Below, one piece after another: positions 1 through 11,931 of a stretch of DNA of 64,000 bases (positions are counted from its first letter, which is position 1; each line of letters opens with the position of its first letter). The notes under the pieces are model-generated. The model saw nothing but the letters and a program-made list of their open reading frames with translations, was not told where the DNA came from and made no database searches. Origin of the DNA: Octopus sinensis (lineage: Eukaryota); contig NC_042999.1 in the NCBI RefSeq assembly GCF_006345805.1, forward strand, positions 31,806,001 through 31,870,000. The letters run 5' to 3'. A program made the position numbers and the translations under genes.

Positions 1-413
1 CTGAAGATAGAGAAAAGAAAAGAAAGTGTGATTTGAGGGTTTATGAAGGAAAGGAAAAGAAAAAGAAAAATGAAAATTTTGAGAGGGAAAGGGAGGTAAT
101 GGGGGCGTAGCCTCTGTATCAGTGTCGTCAGACTTGTTGTCTTTTTTCCACTTAGTGATCTTTTGGAAGGGATAGAGAAGAAATTTTTGTATTCAAGTAG
201 TCAAAGTTTTTAATTGGAAAACGAAATTTTATTTTTGATTTTCTCCAGTATGAATTATAATTAAATTCCGAGGTCTTAGTTTTTAATTCTTTTCTATCCA
301 TTAATATATGGTGGAGAGAATAGTTGTACGGATGTGCACAATTTAGAACAAAAATTTTTAATCAATTTTCCGATGTTATGTTTGGTTTAGCTGTGCACGG
401 CTATGTTTTTGAT

Positions 414-451
414 AGTGATTTTTAAGTAAATATACTTACTTAAAAATCACT
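414..451. repeat. Perfect 16-bp inverted repeat (hairpin) with 6-nt loop
   Basis: AGTGATTTTTAAGTAA (414-429) is the exact reverse complement of TTACTTAAAAATCACT (436-451). Confidence 0.9.
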
Positions 452-454
452 CTG

Positions 455-1575
455 TGAGCATCAGCATATCCCACACTATGGTTGATTTCTCATTTTCTGT
501 GACTTTTCTTGCGTGTGCCTATACCATTTTTTTCTGTTGTCATCCCTTAGTGTTTGAAGAGCTTGCAGTGTATATAGGACGCAAATCTGTCGTGCCTATG
601 AATACACTCGTTCTTAGCCGGGACTGGGCAGCCAGAGACAATATGATTTATTGTTTCTTCTCCCTCACCACTTATTCTGCATTTACTCGTATTTCTTTTC
701 GTTACGTGTTTTCGGTGAGTGCTTTTGGGAAGGATTTGCTCTTGGGCTGCAATTGAAAATCCTTCTAGTTCTAAGTTGAGTTCTGAGCTTCTCAGCCTTT
801 GTTCGGATTATGATTTTCTACTTCTTTTTCGCTTAGCTAAACCCAATATTTGCCATGAAGTGGCCTTTCTTGCCATCGTTTTATCAAGGTTCGTTGCTAT
901 TCCCGATTTAGTTTGCATTTCACTTGATTTACAGATTTTGTTGATTCTTCATTAGCTTCATATTTGTTAGCTGACTAAAAAGTGCTGTTATTTGTTTTCT
1001 TCGTGTTTTGTGGCTATCTGTATTAGTTTCCCTTGCTTCTGAATTAGGTACTTCAGTAGTCTTATAGTGGTTATTTTGCAATCGGTTTCTAGCTGTATTA
1101 GGCCTCTACCACCTTCCATCCGTTGTAAATATAGCCTTTCAATAACAGATTTTTTTGGTGGCGCATACTAAATCCTGTCATTATTTTTCTTGATTTCCTG
1201 CCTATTTTGATTAATTCGTTTAGAGGCCACTGAAGAGTATTGTAGCTGTAACTAATTACTTAGATGGCTAGAGTGTTGATGCTAGTTTTTTTGTTTTGTT
1301 TTTCGCATTGAGATGTCCCTTCAGTATCAATCTAATTCATGTATAGTATTTCTTTTTTAGCTTCACTTTTATTTGTGTGCGTTGTATCGTTGTATCGTAT
1401 CTAGTTCATTGATTCCTAAGTATTTGTATGTCTGGATTTGGTCTCATTGTCTTATTTTATTTGCCTTATCTAGTGTGATTTTGCTACTCTTAACTAATCT
1501 TCCACTTATCAAGGTTGCTTTGGCACATTTTTCTAAGCCACATATCATGTTGGCACTCTCATCATCTTCATTTTC
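455..1575 (-). mobile_element. Old R4/Dong-type non-LTR retrotransposon relic (RT C-terminal part to RLE region)
   Basis: Minus-strand peptides MICGLEKCAKATL, QTYKYLGINELD and VTENEKSTIVWDM match the younger element at 46845-49178 (MKFGLETCAKVTL, QTYKYLGIHELD, VTENEKATILWDM). Many stops and frameshifts. Confidence 0.85.
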
Positions 1576-1579
1576 CATA

Positions 1580-2030
1580 GACGGGATATTTCGACACAAT
1601 TATGCTCTCTGTCTCTTTAACTCTTTCTCCTTCCATTCTGGCCCCTCTAAATTTCTCTTCCTTCTTGATATCAAAAGTTTACATAACGTGATCCCACACA
1701 ACGAAGGACATCTTGAACTGAAACACTTTCTAAAACTTCGACCTGACTTCCAACCAGATATCTCCACACTTCTTCGTCTGGCCGAACTTGTTCTTTCCTT
1801 CAAAAGCATTTCGTTCGCTGGTGACTTTTACATCAGGTCTCAGGAATGGCCATGTAAACGAAAATGGGCCCCAACTATGCGAATCTGTTCCTTGGCTACG
1901 TTGAGGCCCAAATATTCTCACAAATCACTGCTCTCATTCCTTAACTATACGGTCGTTATATCGATGACTGTATCGGTGCGACCTCTCTCTCTCCCGCGAA
2001 CAACTAGACTCCTTCTCTTTCTCCTGCTCT
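1580..2030 (+). pseudogene. Penelope-like element reverse transcriptase core fragment
   Basis: LLDIKSLHNVIPHNEG...LLRLAELVLS...F.F.GDFY. After a frameshift, KMGPNYANLFLGYVE and LYGRYIDDCIG follow. These are the PLE RT motifs DV.SLYT.IP, G.AMG...P.YANLF and RYIDD. Confidence 0.85.
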
Positions 2031-2207
2031 CGAATTGTAATACGTTAATTCTAATTCATCGGTCGAAGTTTTCGAAGGAGCGTAAGTATGACATGTTTAA
2101 AATTTGAATAAAACCATTTGGATAGTTCTCGAAATTTAGTGATGCACACGTGGAGACACACAGACACACACACACGTTCTCAGTCTTATCTCTCTCTCTC
2201 TCTCTCC

Positions 2208-2270
<63 letters not shown>

Positions 2271-3379
2271 GTATATAAATATGTGAGCCCTGATTACTAG
2301 TATTACTGTTAAATATTCTCTACCTGATAAATTCCTGGTAAATAATGAGATACCTCTTGGTACGTCTTGTTTAAGATTATGAGGAATAACACACCTGCTT
2401 CTTGGCTTTTCAAATAATACACCCTTAACATCGTTTCTAATCATTATAGTATTCGCCTAAAGGATCCCATTGACCCTAAACATGTTTTGGGATTCAAAGT
2501 TCTTTATTGAATGTAAATGGTATTCATTTGTAGAAGAGAAAACAATAACTTATGGATGAGGGGTAGAAAGGCGAAACGTAATGCTGTATAAATGCCATAC
2601 TTGGAAAATTCCATCATATTTTACTTTTTTACATTTTATCTTTCGCGGTGGATCAGATTCCGGTCTCACTCACATACCATTTTGCTGATGATTCCCTATA
2701 TTTTTATTCGTTCGGTTTATCGATTGGTAAAATTGAAACATGTACGCACACAATTGCACATCTCAAAATAGTTGTAACCTGTAATGCACAAATATATCTA
2801 TACAACATTATTTCTGTCTATGTTATATACACACATACATATATTTATAGATATATGTATACATATATGTGTACGTGTGTGTATATGTACGCGTTTGTTC
2901 GTATATATTCCGATATGAGCGGGAAATGAATGAATTACGTGTTATTATTTTGTTTTATGTTCACACACCTGTTCATATTCGAAACTTGAAGTGTTGATGT
3001 ATTTATCTCTCTTCATAAAAGTTCTTCATCCAACTCTGACACCAATACAAAATTGATGATATTAATCAGGTTAATAAAGCCGCATCCATAAAATAAAATA
3101 AAATGTCATTAACAGAGCTATTTAATAACCTTTTCGTGAATTGAATTATTTTATTTATGATAATCAAATACTTATTTACTTACAATGATGCATATTGTGA
3201 ATGGATCGATATATTAATTCTGCAGTAGAATAGAGATATCTAAACTTATTGCAGAATCGTTTCGAAATATATAATGGATTATACGTGTGCTTTTTAATCA
3301 ATACATATAAATATATGTGTATTTATATATACACTTTTGTATTGTATGCATTCAATCGATGGAAGAGCATTATTTTTAA

Positions 3380-3625
3380 AGTCTGGTACTTATTCTAACA
3401 ATCGGTATCGCAGAACCGCTGATTTGCAGTGATGAATGCTAAATAATACCAATTGTTAATCGGTGGTGTGTAACTCACAAACAGATACGCACACATACGC
3501 ACACGCACAAAGTCACACGCGCGCACAGAGACGCTGGGGTTCTTTCAGTTTCCTCCTGTCAAAACCGTTCGCAAAGACTTGGTGTAACCAGGCTTGCACA
3601 AAAAGCATCGCAACGGTTTGAATCT
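3380..3625 (-). mobile_element. Diverged tRNA-derived SINE
   Basis: Patchy similarity (reverse complement) to the SINE at 20554-20968, for example GTTTC...GTCAAA...CGCAAAG. Confidence 0.45.
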
Positions 3626-3639
3626 GCAACCAGCTACTT

Positions 3640-3642
3640 CTG

Positions 3643-3736
<94 letters not shown>

Positions 3737-3779
3737 GATTTATCTATCTATATATATATCTATCCAATTGTCTATTTCC

Positions 3780-3844
<65 letters not shown>

Positions 3845-3860
3845 ATATATATAGTATATT
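3640..3860. repeat. Compound microsatellite (TATC)n-(CT)n-(TA)n
   Basis: Directly visible. Confidence 0.95.
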
Positions 3861-4247
3861 TATCCATCTAGGTAGCTACTTAGCAGGTTGGCTATATATA
3901 TATATTATGCATGTTTCAGTTATTACACAACAGCCATGATGGACTTCATCTTTTAATCAACCCTAATCATTTAATCTTTTAGCCAGGTATTTACTCTGTT
4001 AAAATCCTTTGCAGAACCCCTAAATTACGGTATAGTACATACATGTTGTCAAATAGTGTGACGTAAAACCAAGGCAGACAAAAAGACAACCACATATACA
4101 AGGCTATAGTAGAACATATTTGCCCTTGGTACAAGATTTGGTAATGAAATCAGATCCATGTGGCGGGATTCAAACTTCTTACTAGACAGCTATGCCTGCC
4201 ATTACTTTTCCCGTCTCTCTCTCTCAATTCTTTCCTCTTTCTCCCTC

Positions 4248-4801
4248 TTTCACACATTCGCTCTCTGTATATATGTATGTATATATACACACACACACAC
4301 ATATATATATATAGATATATATATTACATATACGTACATATATACAGAGAGCGAGAGTATGAATAAATATATATATATATATATACATATAATATAAATC
4401 ACACACACACACATACACACACACACACACATATATATATATAAGCATGTATTTATACAGAACGTTGCCAACTATGTAAACAAGATGAAATTCGAAAACA
4501 AACGAGTTGGATGCTCAAACAACGAGAGTAAAAAATTGCAATCGAGAGAAGTAAACACAGAGAACAACTCTTCATCAGTTGTCAGCTGTCTATCTATTCC
4601 TCATTTCGAGGTTTCACTCTTGTCATGGAAAGCGTGAAATCAATTGATATTGAAACATTCATTACCTTCTGATGTTATCAACAAAAAGTCAAGCCTTTTT
4701 CTCTTATGTGTCTTTATCGAGAGTTTTATGGTCGTTTGTGGAGCATTGGCTCTGATGTGAGCAAGTGGTTTTAGAAGTAATGCTTCTTTATATATATCTT
4801 T

Positions 4802-4832
<31 letters not shown>

Positions 4833-5276
4833 AACATTCACTTCAATGCTGCATCTCTCACAAACGCCGACCAGGCCTGGCGATTTGAGGCTAAAGACCG
4901 CGTGATCTATAACCACTCCTTATTCCAGCAGCGAACGCCGTAGATATGCGGGATGGGGTTGGGTTCCAGATCAGCCTTGACCTTCAGCAGTCAGGTTTTC
5001 GTTGTCCACCACGGCGCTTTCGCCAACCCTGAAGGGGAGCTGGGTTACTTGCTTCGTAGATAAATTCTCCTGGTTGACGACGGAGGACATGACCCAGCTA
5101 ACGCAGACATCTCGTCAGGATGACTTGTCGCAGGGAGGTGATTCTGCAATGATGTCTTGATGTCGCACCGAATTGTTATTAGACAGCGAGTCATGGCCAA
5201 TGAGGGTGGAAGATATCAAGTTAATAGAATCCTTCGATCACCTCTGTCTACGCCGCATACTTCCTGTATATAAATG

Positions 5277-5310
<34 letters not shown>

Positions 5311-5321
5311 ATAATATATTA

Positions 5322-5353
<32 letters not shown>

Positions 5354-5394
5354 TAAAGCTAAAGATAGAGAGGACAAACAAGGACAGATAAATG
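4248..5394. repeat. Left arm of a ~1.2 kb inverted duplication (partner 11348-12555)
   Basis: Unique segments match the reverse complement of 11348-12555 with only scattered substitutions and microsatellite length changes. Confidence 0.95.
4800..5270 (-). mobile_element. RTE-clade LINE 3' fragment with (GAA)n tail and an inverted 5' piece (left-arm copy)
   Basis: Mirror of 11460-11960. The piece at 5165-5265 reads LLDSESWPMRVEDIKLIESFDHLCLRRIL on +, while the rest of the element is on -. Confidence 0.8.
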
Positions 5395-5568
5395 GATTGA
5401 GTCGATTACATCGACCCCAGTGTGAAACTGGTACTTTATTTATCGACCCCGAAAGAATGAAAGTTAAAGTCGACCTTGGCGGAGTTTGAACAAAGAACGT
5501 AACGACAGACGAAATACCGCTAAGCATTTCGCCCGGTGCGCTAACATATCTGCCAGCTCGCCCCCTCA
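5352..5568 (-). mobile_element. tRNA-derived SINE (family of 15003-15415)
   Basis: Reverse complement has head GGCGAGCTGGCAGA..GTTAGC...GTTCAAACTCC and body GTCGACTTT...GGGGTCGATAAAT...TTTGTCCTCTCT. Confidence 0.85.
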
Positions 5569-5570
5569 TG

Positions 5571-5743
<173 letters not shown>

Positions 5744-5769
5744 GGGAGAAGGAGAGAGATTCGGAAATG

Positions 5770-6340
5770 CATACGTTGCTAAAGTGTATTTGAAGCCCAA
5801 GTTCGATTTTGCCCTGCTGAAAGCGGCTTTGGCAGAAACTTCACAGACACGCGTCTTGTACCTAAATCTGCGTTGATAATGGACTGAACTGATGCGTAAT
5901 TAATCTGCACATCCTGTGATAACTCTCAGATGGTGTTTCAACGATTTCTTCTCACTGATGCTCACATATCTGCGATGTTTTTCCCAGAACTTTCGTCGAT
6001 ATCGAAATGTTTTCGGCCATCTTGGAAACGTTTGAATCAACTGCACACTTCTGTTCGGGCCATGGATTCCTCTATCTCCACGTTTTGCAACTTTGTGCAA
6101 GCCTCGGAGCAAGTATCACTATGACAACTTTCACTGCCATTGTCAATGCAACGATCACACGCTAGACACCTTCATTCCGAGCACTGCTGTAAACATCAGA
6201 AGTGAGCTACAGCGATAAATCCTACTGCGCATGGTCAGTAGATTGTAATGTGAATCTGTTTCAAGTAGCCTTACTTATTCTGTGTACTTTAGCTTCGTAA
6301 ATATATCATCCATCCGGATTCTTATTGATCAAGCCTCGTA
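5770..6340 (-). mobile_element. Mariner-type DNA transposon 5' fragment (TIR plus N-terminal HTH region)
   Basis: Left end TA|CGAGGCTTGATCAATAAGAATCCGGA at 6340 going down. Minus peptides FKRFQDGR, ELSQDVQINYASVQSII and [13 protein letters not shown] match mariner N-terminal motifs (WFKRFK.GR, LGMRRVSAKFVPK). Confidence 0.75.
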
Positions 6341-6398
6341 CATATATATATATGTATATATATATGTGTATATATATATGTGTGTGTCTGTGTATGTG

Positions 6399-6450
<52 letters not shown>

Positions 6451-6537
6451 TATTAGAGACTAAACCACTATTTTGCAAAACAAACAAGGAAAGACTTAAT
6501 CAATACATAAAATTTTAATAAATAGTCAAAAAAACCG

Positions 6538-6580
6538 CCACTACAATTGTTTCTTGTCTTGATCGACAATCTTCAGGTGG
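6538..6580 (-). ncRNA. Minimal type I hammerhead ribozyme
   Basis: Minus strand reads CCAC CUGAAGA UUGUC gaucaa GACAA GAAA C aauu GUA GUGG. Core is intact, stem I is CCAC/GUGG, stem II is 5 bp, and stem III contains the palindrome ACAAUUGU with cleavage triplet GUA. Confidence 0.9.
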
Positions 6581-6899
6581 ACTTCCAATCTAAAATATCA
6601 ATATTTTAAAATATAAAAATAACAATTTTAAAATAATTAAAGTATGAATGAAAAAATATAAATATATAATCCATATATAACCTATATATAATCCATATAT
6701 AATCAATATATAAACAATATATAAACTAAAATAAACCTATCAACAATTAAATATAAAATATAAAATATAAAATATAAAATATAAAACAAAACAAAAAAAT
6801 AATAATAATATAATAATAAACTATATATACACCCATACACATATACCTAATTATATATAACCATATCTAACTACATACACTAAATCACACACCTATATA

Positions 6900-9660
6900 T
6901 ATATCCCTATACATACACATAAAAACGTCTAGGCAACTATAATAAATAAAATAGCTAAATACTTCAACACAATACTTATTCATACTCCCACACACACACA
7001 CATACAACCCACATTCACGCTCTAGAAAACGGACATCACTTAAAATTATGAACGGAGAAATGGAATAAATGGAATTAAAAATTATATTCACTTGGTAAAA
7101 CGAACACTACTTAAAAATTATGAATGAAACAATGCAATAAAACAACAGACATCGCAAATAGACACAAATTACTACGAATTCCTTAACAAACCTACCATGA
7201 TAAACCAAAAACTCATAAAAACATATAATGATAAAATCTCCCTTTACTAAACTCTATAACACACCTATATAGCAATCCCCCTAACCTAAACATTCACACA
7301 CAAATACACACACGTAAACCACACACCCACGACATATACAAATACCCACACCACTTACACGTACCTATACATAAATATAAACCTCAACATATACTCCAAA
7401 ATCCCACTCAACCCCACACAGACAAATAAACACAAAAATTATGAATGGATTCTTTTATAAAACTACCATGATAAGCTAAAACTCACAAAACATAAATGAT
7501 AAAACCTCCCTTTACTAAACACTATAACATACTTATATAGCAATCCCTTTAACCTATACATTCACACACAAATACACACACGTAAACCACACACCCATAA
7601 CAAATACAAACACCCACCCCGCTCACACACACCCACAAGTACATATAAGCCTCAACATATACACCAAACAAAATTACTTTACCAAGGAACTTAACATATG
7701 TATAAAAAGTATAACCGCTCTGGAAACGAACATCTTTTAAAATAACGAATGGAGAAATGGAATAAATGGAATTAAAAATAATATTCACGTGGCAAAACGA
7801 ACACCACTAAAAAATTATGAATGAAACAATGTAATAAAACAACCAACATCGAAAATAGACAAATTACCACGAATTCCCTAAAAAAAACCATGATAAACCA
7901 AAACTCTTAAAAACATATAACGATAAAATCTCCCTTTGCTAAACTCTATAACAAACCTATATAGCAATCCCCCTAACCTAAACATTCACACACAAATACA
8001 CACACGTAAACCACAGACCCACGACTTATACACATACCTATACTAACTTATAAACCTCAATATACACCAAAAACCCACTCCCTCCCACACAGACAAATTA
8101 ACACATACATCCCAAAACCTAAATAACAAACCCATATACACATTCACACACAAACACACACACGCAAAACACACACACACAACAGATACATATACTCCCT
8201 CACATATACGCATATACATACTCACTAAACTCGATATATACAACAATATTTACACACCCACACTCATACAGATAAATAAATTATACAACTAAAAACTCAC
8301 ACACAATCTCATATACATAAACACACCAATGAAAAACAACATTAAATACATCGTAATTAACCAGAATATCAAAAATAACAATATGACATAAGGAGAAATA
8401 AAATACATACTTACAAGTCAGTTTCAAATTATGAAGTTAAATTAAATTCTTAGCCGTTAAAAAAATCAAACCAAAATTACGTTACCATAGAAATATAAGA
8501 ATACGCGCCATGGAAAGTAAACGTCATTTAAAATTATGAATGGAGAAATAGAATAAATGGAACTACAAACTATATCCACGTGGCAAACCAACACTACTTA
8601 AAAAAAAAAAAAAATAAAATAAAAAATAAAAAATTTATGAATGGATTCTTTAATAAAACTACCATGATAAATTATTATATACATTTATGAGCTTTAGCTC
8701 ATCTTAGCAGCTCTAACAAACAACTTGCAGTAACCCAAATCTATTCTCGATGCCTGCCTTACTACTGCACTATTCCATTCCCAATTCCAAGCAACGCTAG
8801 CCCACCACCCGGTTACATTTCCCAACTCCACCCATTCATTCACAATTTCAACGACGTTCGCCTCCACAGCGCTACATATAAGCCTCAACATATACACCGG
8901 TGATTCGCTTTCACATCCGTGCGGATGGGTGAGAGTATACATTGAGTGTAGTGATGGGGCTCCCATTACTATACACATTTGTACCTGTGTGGTAGTCTCC
9001 ATGTGTATATTCACGCACGGGTATAAATGCAGGGGGTACACGCAAACGGCATGTGCGTGTACCCCCTCACGTGTACATATGTATGCTAGTTGGGCTCGAT
9101 ATGTGCAACAATGTAATCGCGCCCGCATACATGCATATGGGCGAGTTGCACAATCAAAATACGCACACGTGTGTGTGTGCGTTCCCCGGTTGTGCAATTC
9201 ACCCATCTGGGTGTGAGTGGGTGTAAGCGTATTGCTGTGGATGTCGAGCTTGATACGTATGTATATGAGTGTGTATTGGGGGGTTGTACGTATTTGTAGT
9301 GTGCATGTGCTTCACGCACGTGCGTCCATGTATGGATGAATATATTGGGATTGCTATGTGGGTGTAAATTGGGTATGGAGGGGGGAGTTTTGTCATTGTA
9401 TGGGTGTGGGTTTCATTTGTGATGGTGGTTTGTTGGTGATTTTTGGTATGTTCTGTATATTTGGGTTAGTTATGTATTATTCTAGTGTGTATAATTGTAT
9501 ACATATGATTGGTGTGCCTGGGATTACGCCCATTTTTAGGGATGTATGTGTTTATTTGTCCGTATGGGGCGGGAGTGGCCGTTTGGTTTATATGTTGAGG
9601 CTCACATGCAATTCCAGGTACGCGCGAATGAAGTGGGCACTTATATTTGTTATGGGTGTG
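6900..9660. repeat. Nested imperfect tandem array (~700-bp units with ~250-bp subunits); block ~9200-9660 inverted
   Basis: Recurring markers GGAGAAATGGAATAAATGGAATTAAAAA (about 7054, 7751, variant 8541) and TAGCAATCCC..TAACCTA.ACATTCACACACAAATACACACACGTAAACCAC (about 7270, 7538, 7962). The array is A/C-rich on +, except 9200-9660 which is G/T-rich. Confidence 0.85.
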
Positions 9661-10099
9661 TGTACTTTATTATAACAGACAATACCCAAATAAAATCTGT
9701 CAATTCAACATACCAAATAAAAAACAAAAAACAAAGTGATCGTAGACATTCACACATACATACAAAACTCAATAAAAACACCACTAAATAACCCCCATCA
9801 ACATATAAATATATCCTCCAAAATACATATAACAAATGCATAATAAAAATACATAATAAAATAAAATAGAAATAAAAAAAATATATAAATAAAGAAAATA
9901 AAAAAAATCTAATATAAATTATTAAAGTTTTAACATACCATAAACTGTTATATTAATATACATTAAAAATGAACTAATTAAAACAAAGAAATATCAATAA
10001 AGACTAACTATAATTAAAGCCTAGACTACATAACCAAAAAATATATTATCTAAACTAATTTAAACTAAACTAATGTAACCTAATAGGGAACTATTAATG

Positions 10100-11170
10100 C
10101 TATTTATCATGAAACTTATTATATAGGTAAAGTAACTTATGTCTGCATTTTGTTTTGCGCTCTTCACCAGTATTAAGTAAATTATCATACTTATAAAATA
10201 AAATTTCTTTAAACTCATTAGAGCATAAATAACAACAATTAGCTCCTATAGTATATGATTTAGTTTTACAAATTATTTCCAAATTAAACTATAATTAATA
10301 TTTAGTGATTTAAGACTCCAAATGTACTTACTAAGTCCGGTTGAGTTGATTAAGTTTTTATTTTTAAAAGAATTCATATGTTGTGCGATTCTTAGTTTTA
10401 TTTTTGAGGAAGTAGAACCTATATAAACCGCTTTTGGGTAATTATTATTCTTAAAGTTTTATCATGTAATGTAACTATACATTTATACACTACATCGTTA
10501 ATATCACAATTATTATTTAATATACAATTAGATTTATCTCTACATGTACAATTAATATAAGTCTTATCAATTATTAATATTATTATCAAATAATTTCTTT
10601 TTATAAAAATTATTCAGTTATATTTATTAAATGAAGAAATAATGTTACCAACATTATTAGTGGTAGAATAACCAACTCCAAAATTATTAAAAGAGAAAAT
10701 GTTTCTATATTTACGATTATCTCTAATAAATAGTTCTATAACATCTAAAATCTCTTTAATAATATTCGTTTTTACTTGATCTCCATAAGGAACAATTAAC
10801 CAAATTTTATTCTTATTAACCTTATTAATATTATCATCATTATAAATATATTTATAATTCTTTACTTTATTAAAATTATTATCAGAATTATATCTATGTA
10901 CAGCATTTAAGGAATTATTAATATTATTAATTTTATCAATATAATTATTATAATAATTATTAAATTTATTTTTATTTTTATTATTCTTATTTATATTATT
11001 ATTATTATTATATTTATTATTATTATTATTATTATTCTTATTTATATTTTTATCATTTTTATTATTTTTTTTATAATATCTATTATTTTTACCACTAAAC
11101 CTAACAAAAGTATAATTATTATTAGAAGTATCTCGAAAATTATCAATTAAATCTTTATCACTAATATTAT
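10100..11170 (-). pseudogene. PLE polyprotein C-terminus: Asn-rich linker plus GIY-YIG endonuclease with Cys motifs, disrupted
   Basis: IWLIVPYGDQVKTN...GVGYSTTNNVGNIISSFNK is followed by CTCRDKSNCILNNNC..VVYKCIV...AVYIGST..KLRIAQH..SF..TGLSKYIWSLK...CYLCSNEFKEI..LLNTGEERKTKCRH. There is one in-frame stop and about three frameshifts. Confidence 0.85.
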
Positions 11171-11347
11171 AAATGGGCGTAATCCCACTCACACCAATCA
11201 TATGTATACAATTATACACACTAGAATAATACATAACTAACCCAAATATACAGAACATACCAAAAATCACCAACAAACCACCATCACAAATGAAACCCAC
11301 ACCCATACAATGACAAAACTCCCCCCTCCATACCCAATTTACACCCA

Positions 11348-11384
11348 CATTTGTCTGTCCTTGTTTGTCCTCTCTATGTTTAGC

Positions 11385-11458
<74 letters not shown>

Positions 11459-11899
11459 TTATATACAGGAAGGATGCGGCTTAGACAGAGGTGATCGAAG
11501 GATTCTAGTAACTTGATATCTTCCACCCTCATTGGCCATGACTCGCTGTCTAATAACAATTCGGTGCGACATCAAGACATCATTGCAGAATCACCTCCCT
11601 GCGACAAGTCATCCTGACGAGATGTCTGCGTTAGCTGGGTCATGTCCTCCATCGTCAACCAGGAGAATTTATCTACGAAGCAAGTAACCCAGCTCCCCTT
11701 CAGGGTTGGCGAAAGCGCCGTGGTGGACAACGAAAACCTGACTGCTGAAGGTCAAGGCTGATCTGGAACCCAACCCAATCCCGCATATCTACGGCGTTCG
11801 CTGCTGGAATAAGGAGTGGTTATAGATCACGCGGTCTTTAGCCTCAAATCGCCAGGCCTGGTCGGCGTTTGTGAGAGATGCAGCATTGAAGTGAATGTT

Positions 11900-11931
<32 letters not shown>

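Larger units (their letters stand above)
6441..11350 (-). mobile_element. Penelope-like retroelement, 5'-truncated: linker plus GIY-YIG ORF, long repeated 3' extension, hammerhead ribozyme, inverted 5' repeat piece
   Basis: The endonuclease ORF (10100-11170) and the hammerhead (6538-6580) are both on -. 11171-11350 is an inverted copy of 9356-9537. The distal end abuts a (TA)n tract at about 6440. Treating all of this as one element is an inference. Confidence 0.75.

Noticed and set aside
1373-2107. 244-aa ORF as a gene
   Set aside because: It is a chimera of the antisense strand of an R4 relic and a frameshifted PLE RT fragment.
10614-10616. In-frame UGA in the PLE ORF as selenocysteine (cf. 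Naiad PLEs)
   Set aside because: It is not at a conserved Cys position. The endonuclease is C-terminal rather than N-terminal as in Naiads. The following residues look like an out-of-frame Asn-rich tract, and I did not identify a SECIS.
11171-11348. N-terminal ~60 aa of ORF 10614-11348 (MGVNWVWRG...)
   Set aside because: This is read-through from an inverted repeat piece; the same peptide starts ORF 9358-9675.
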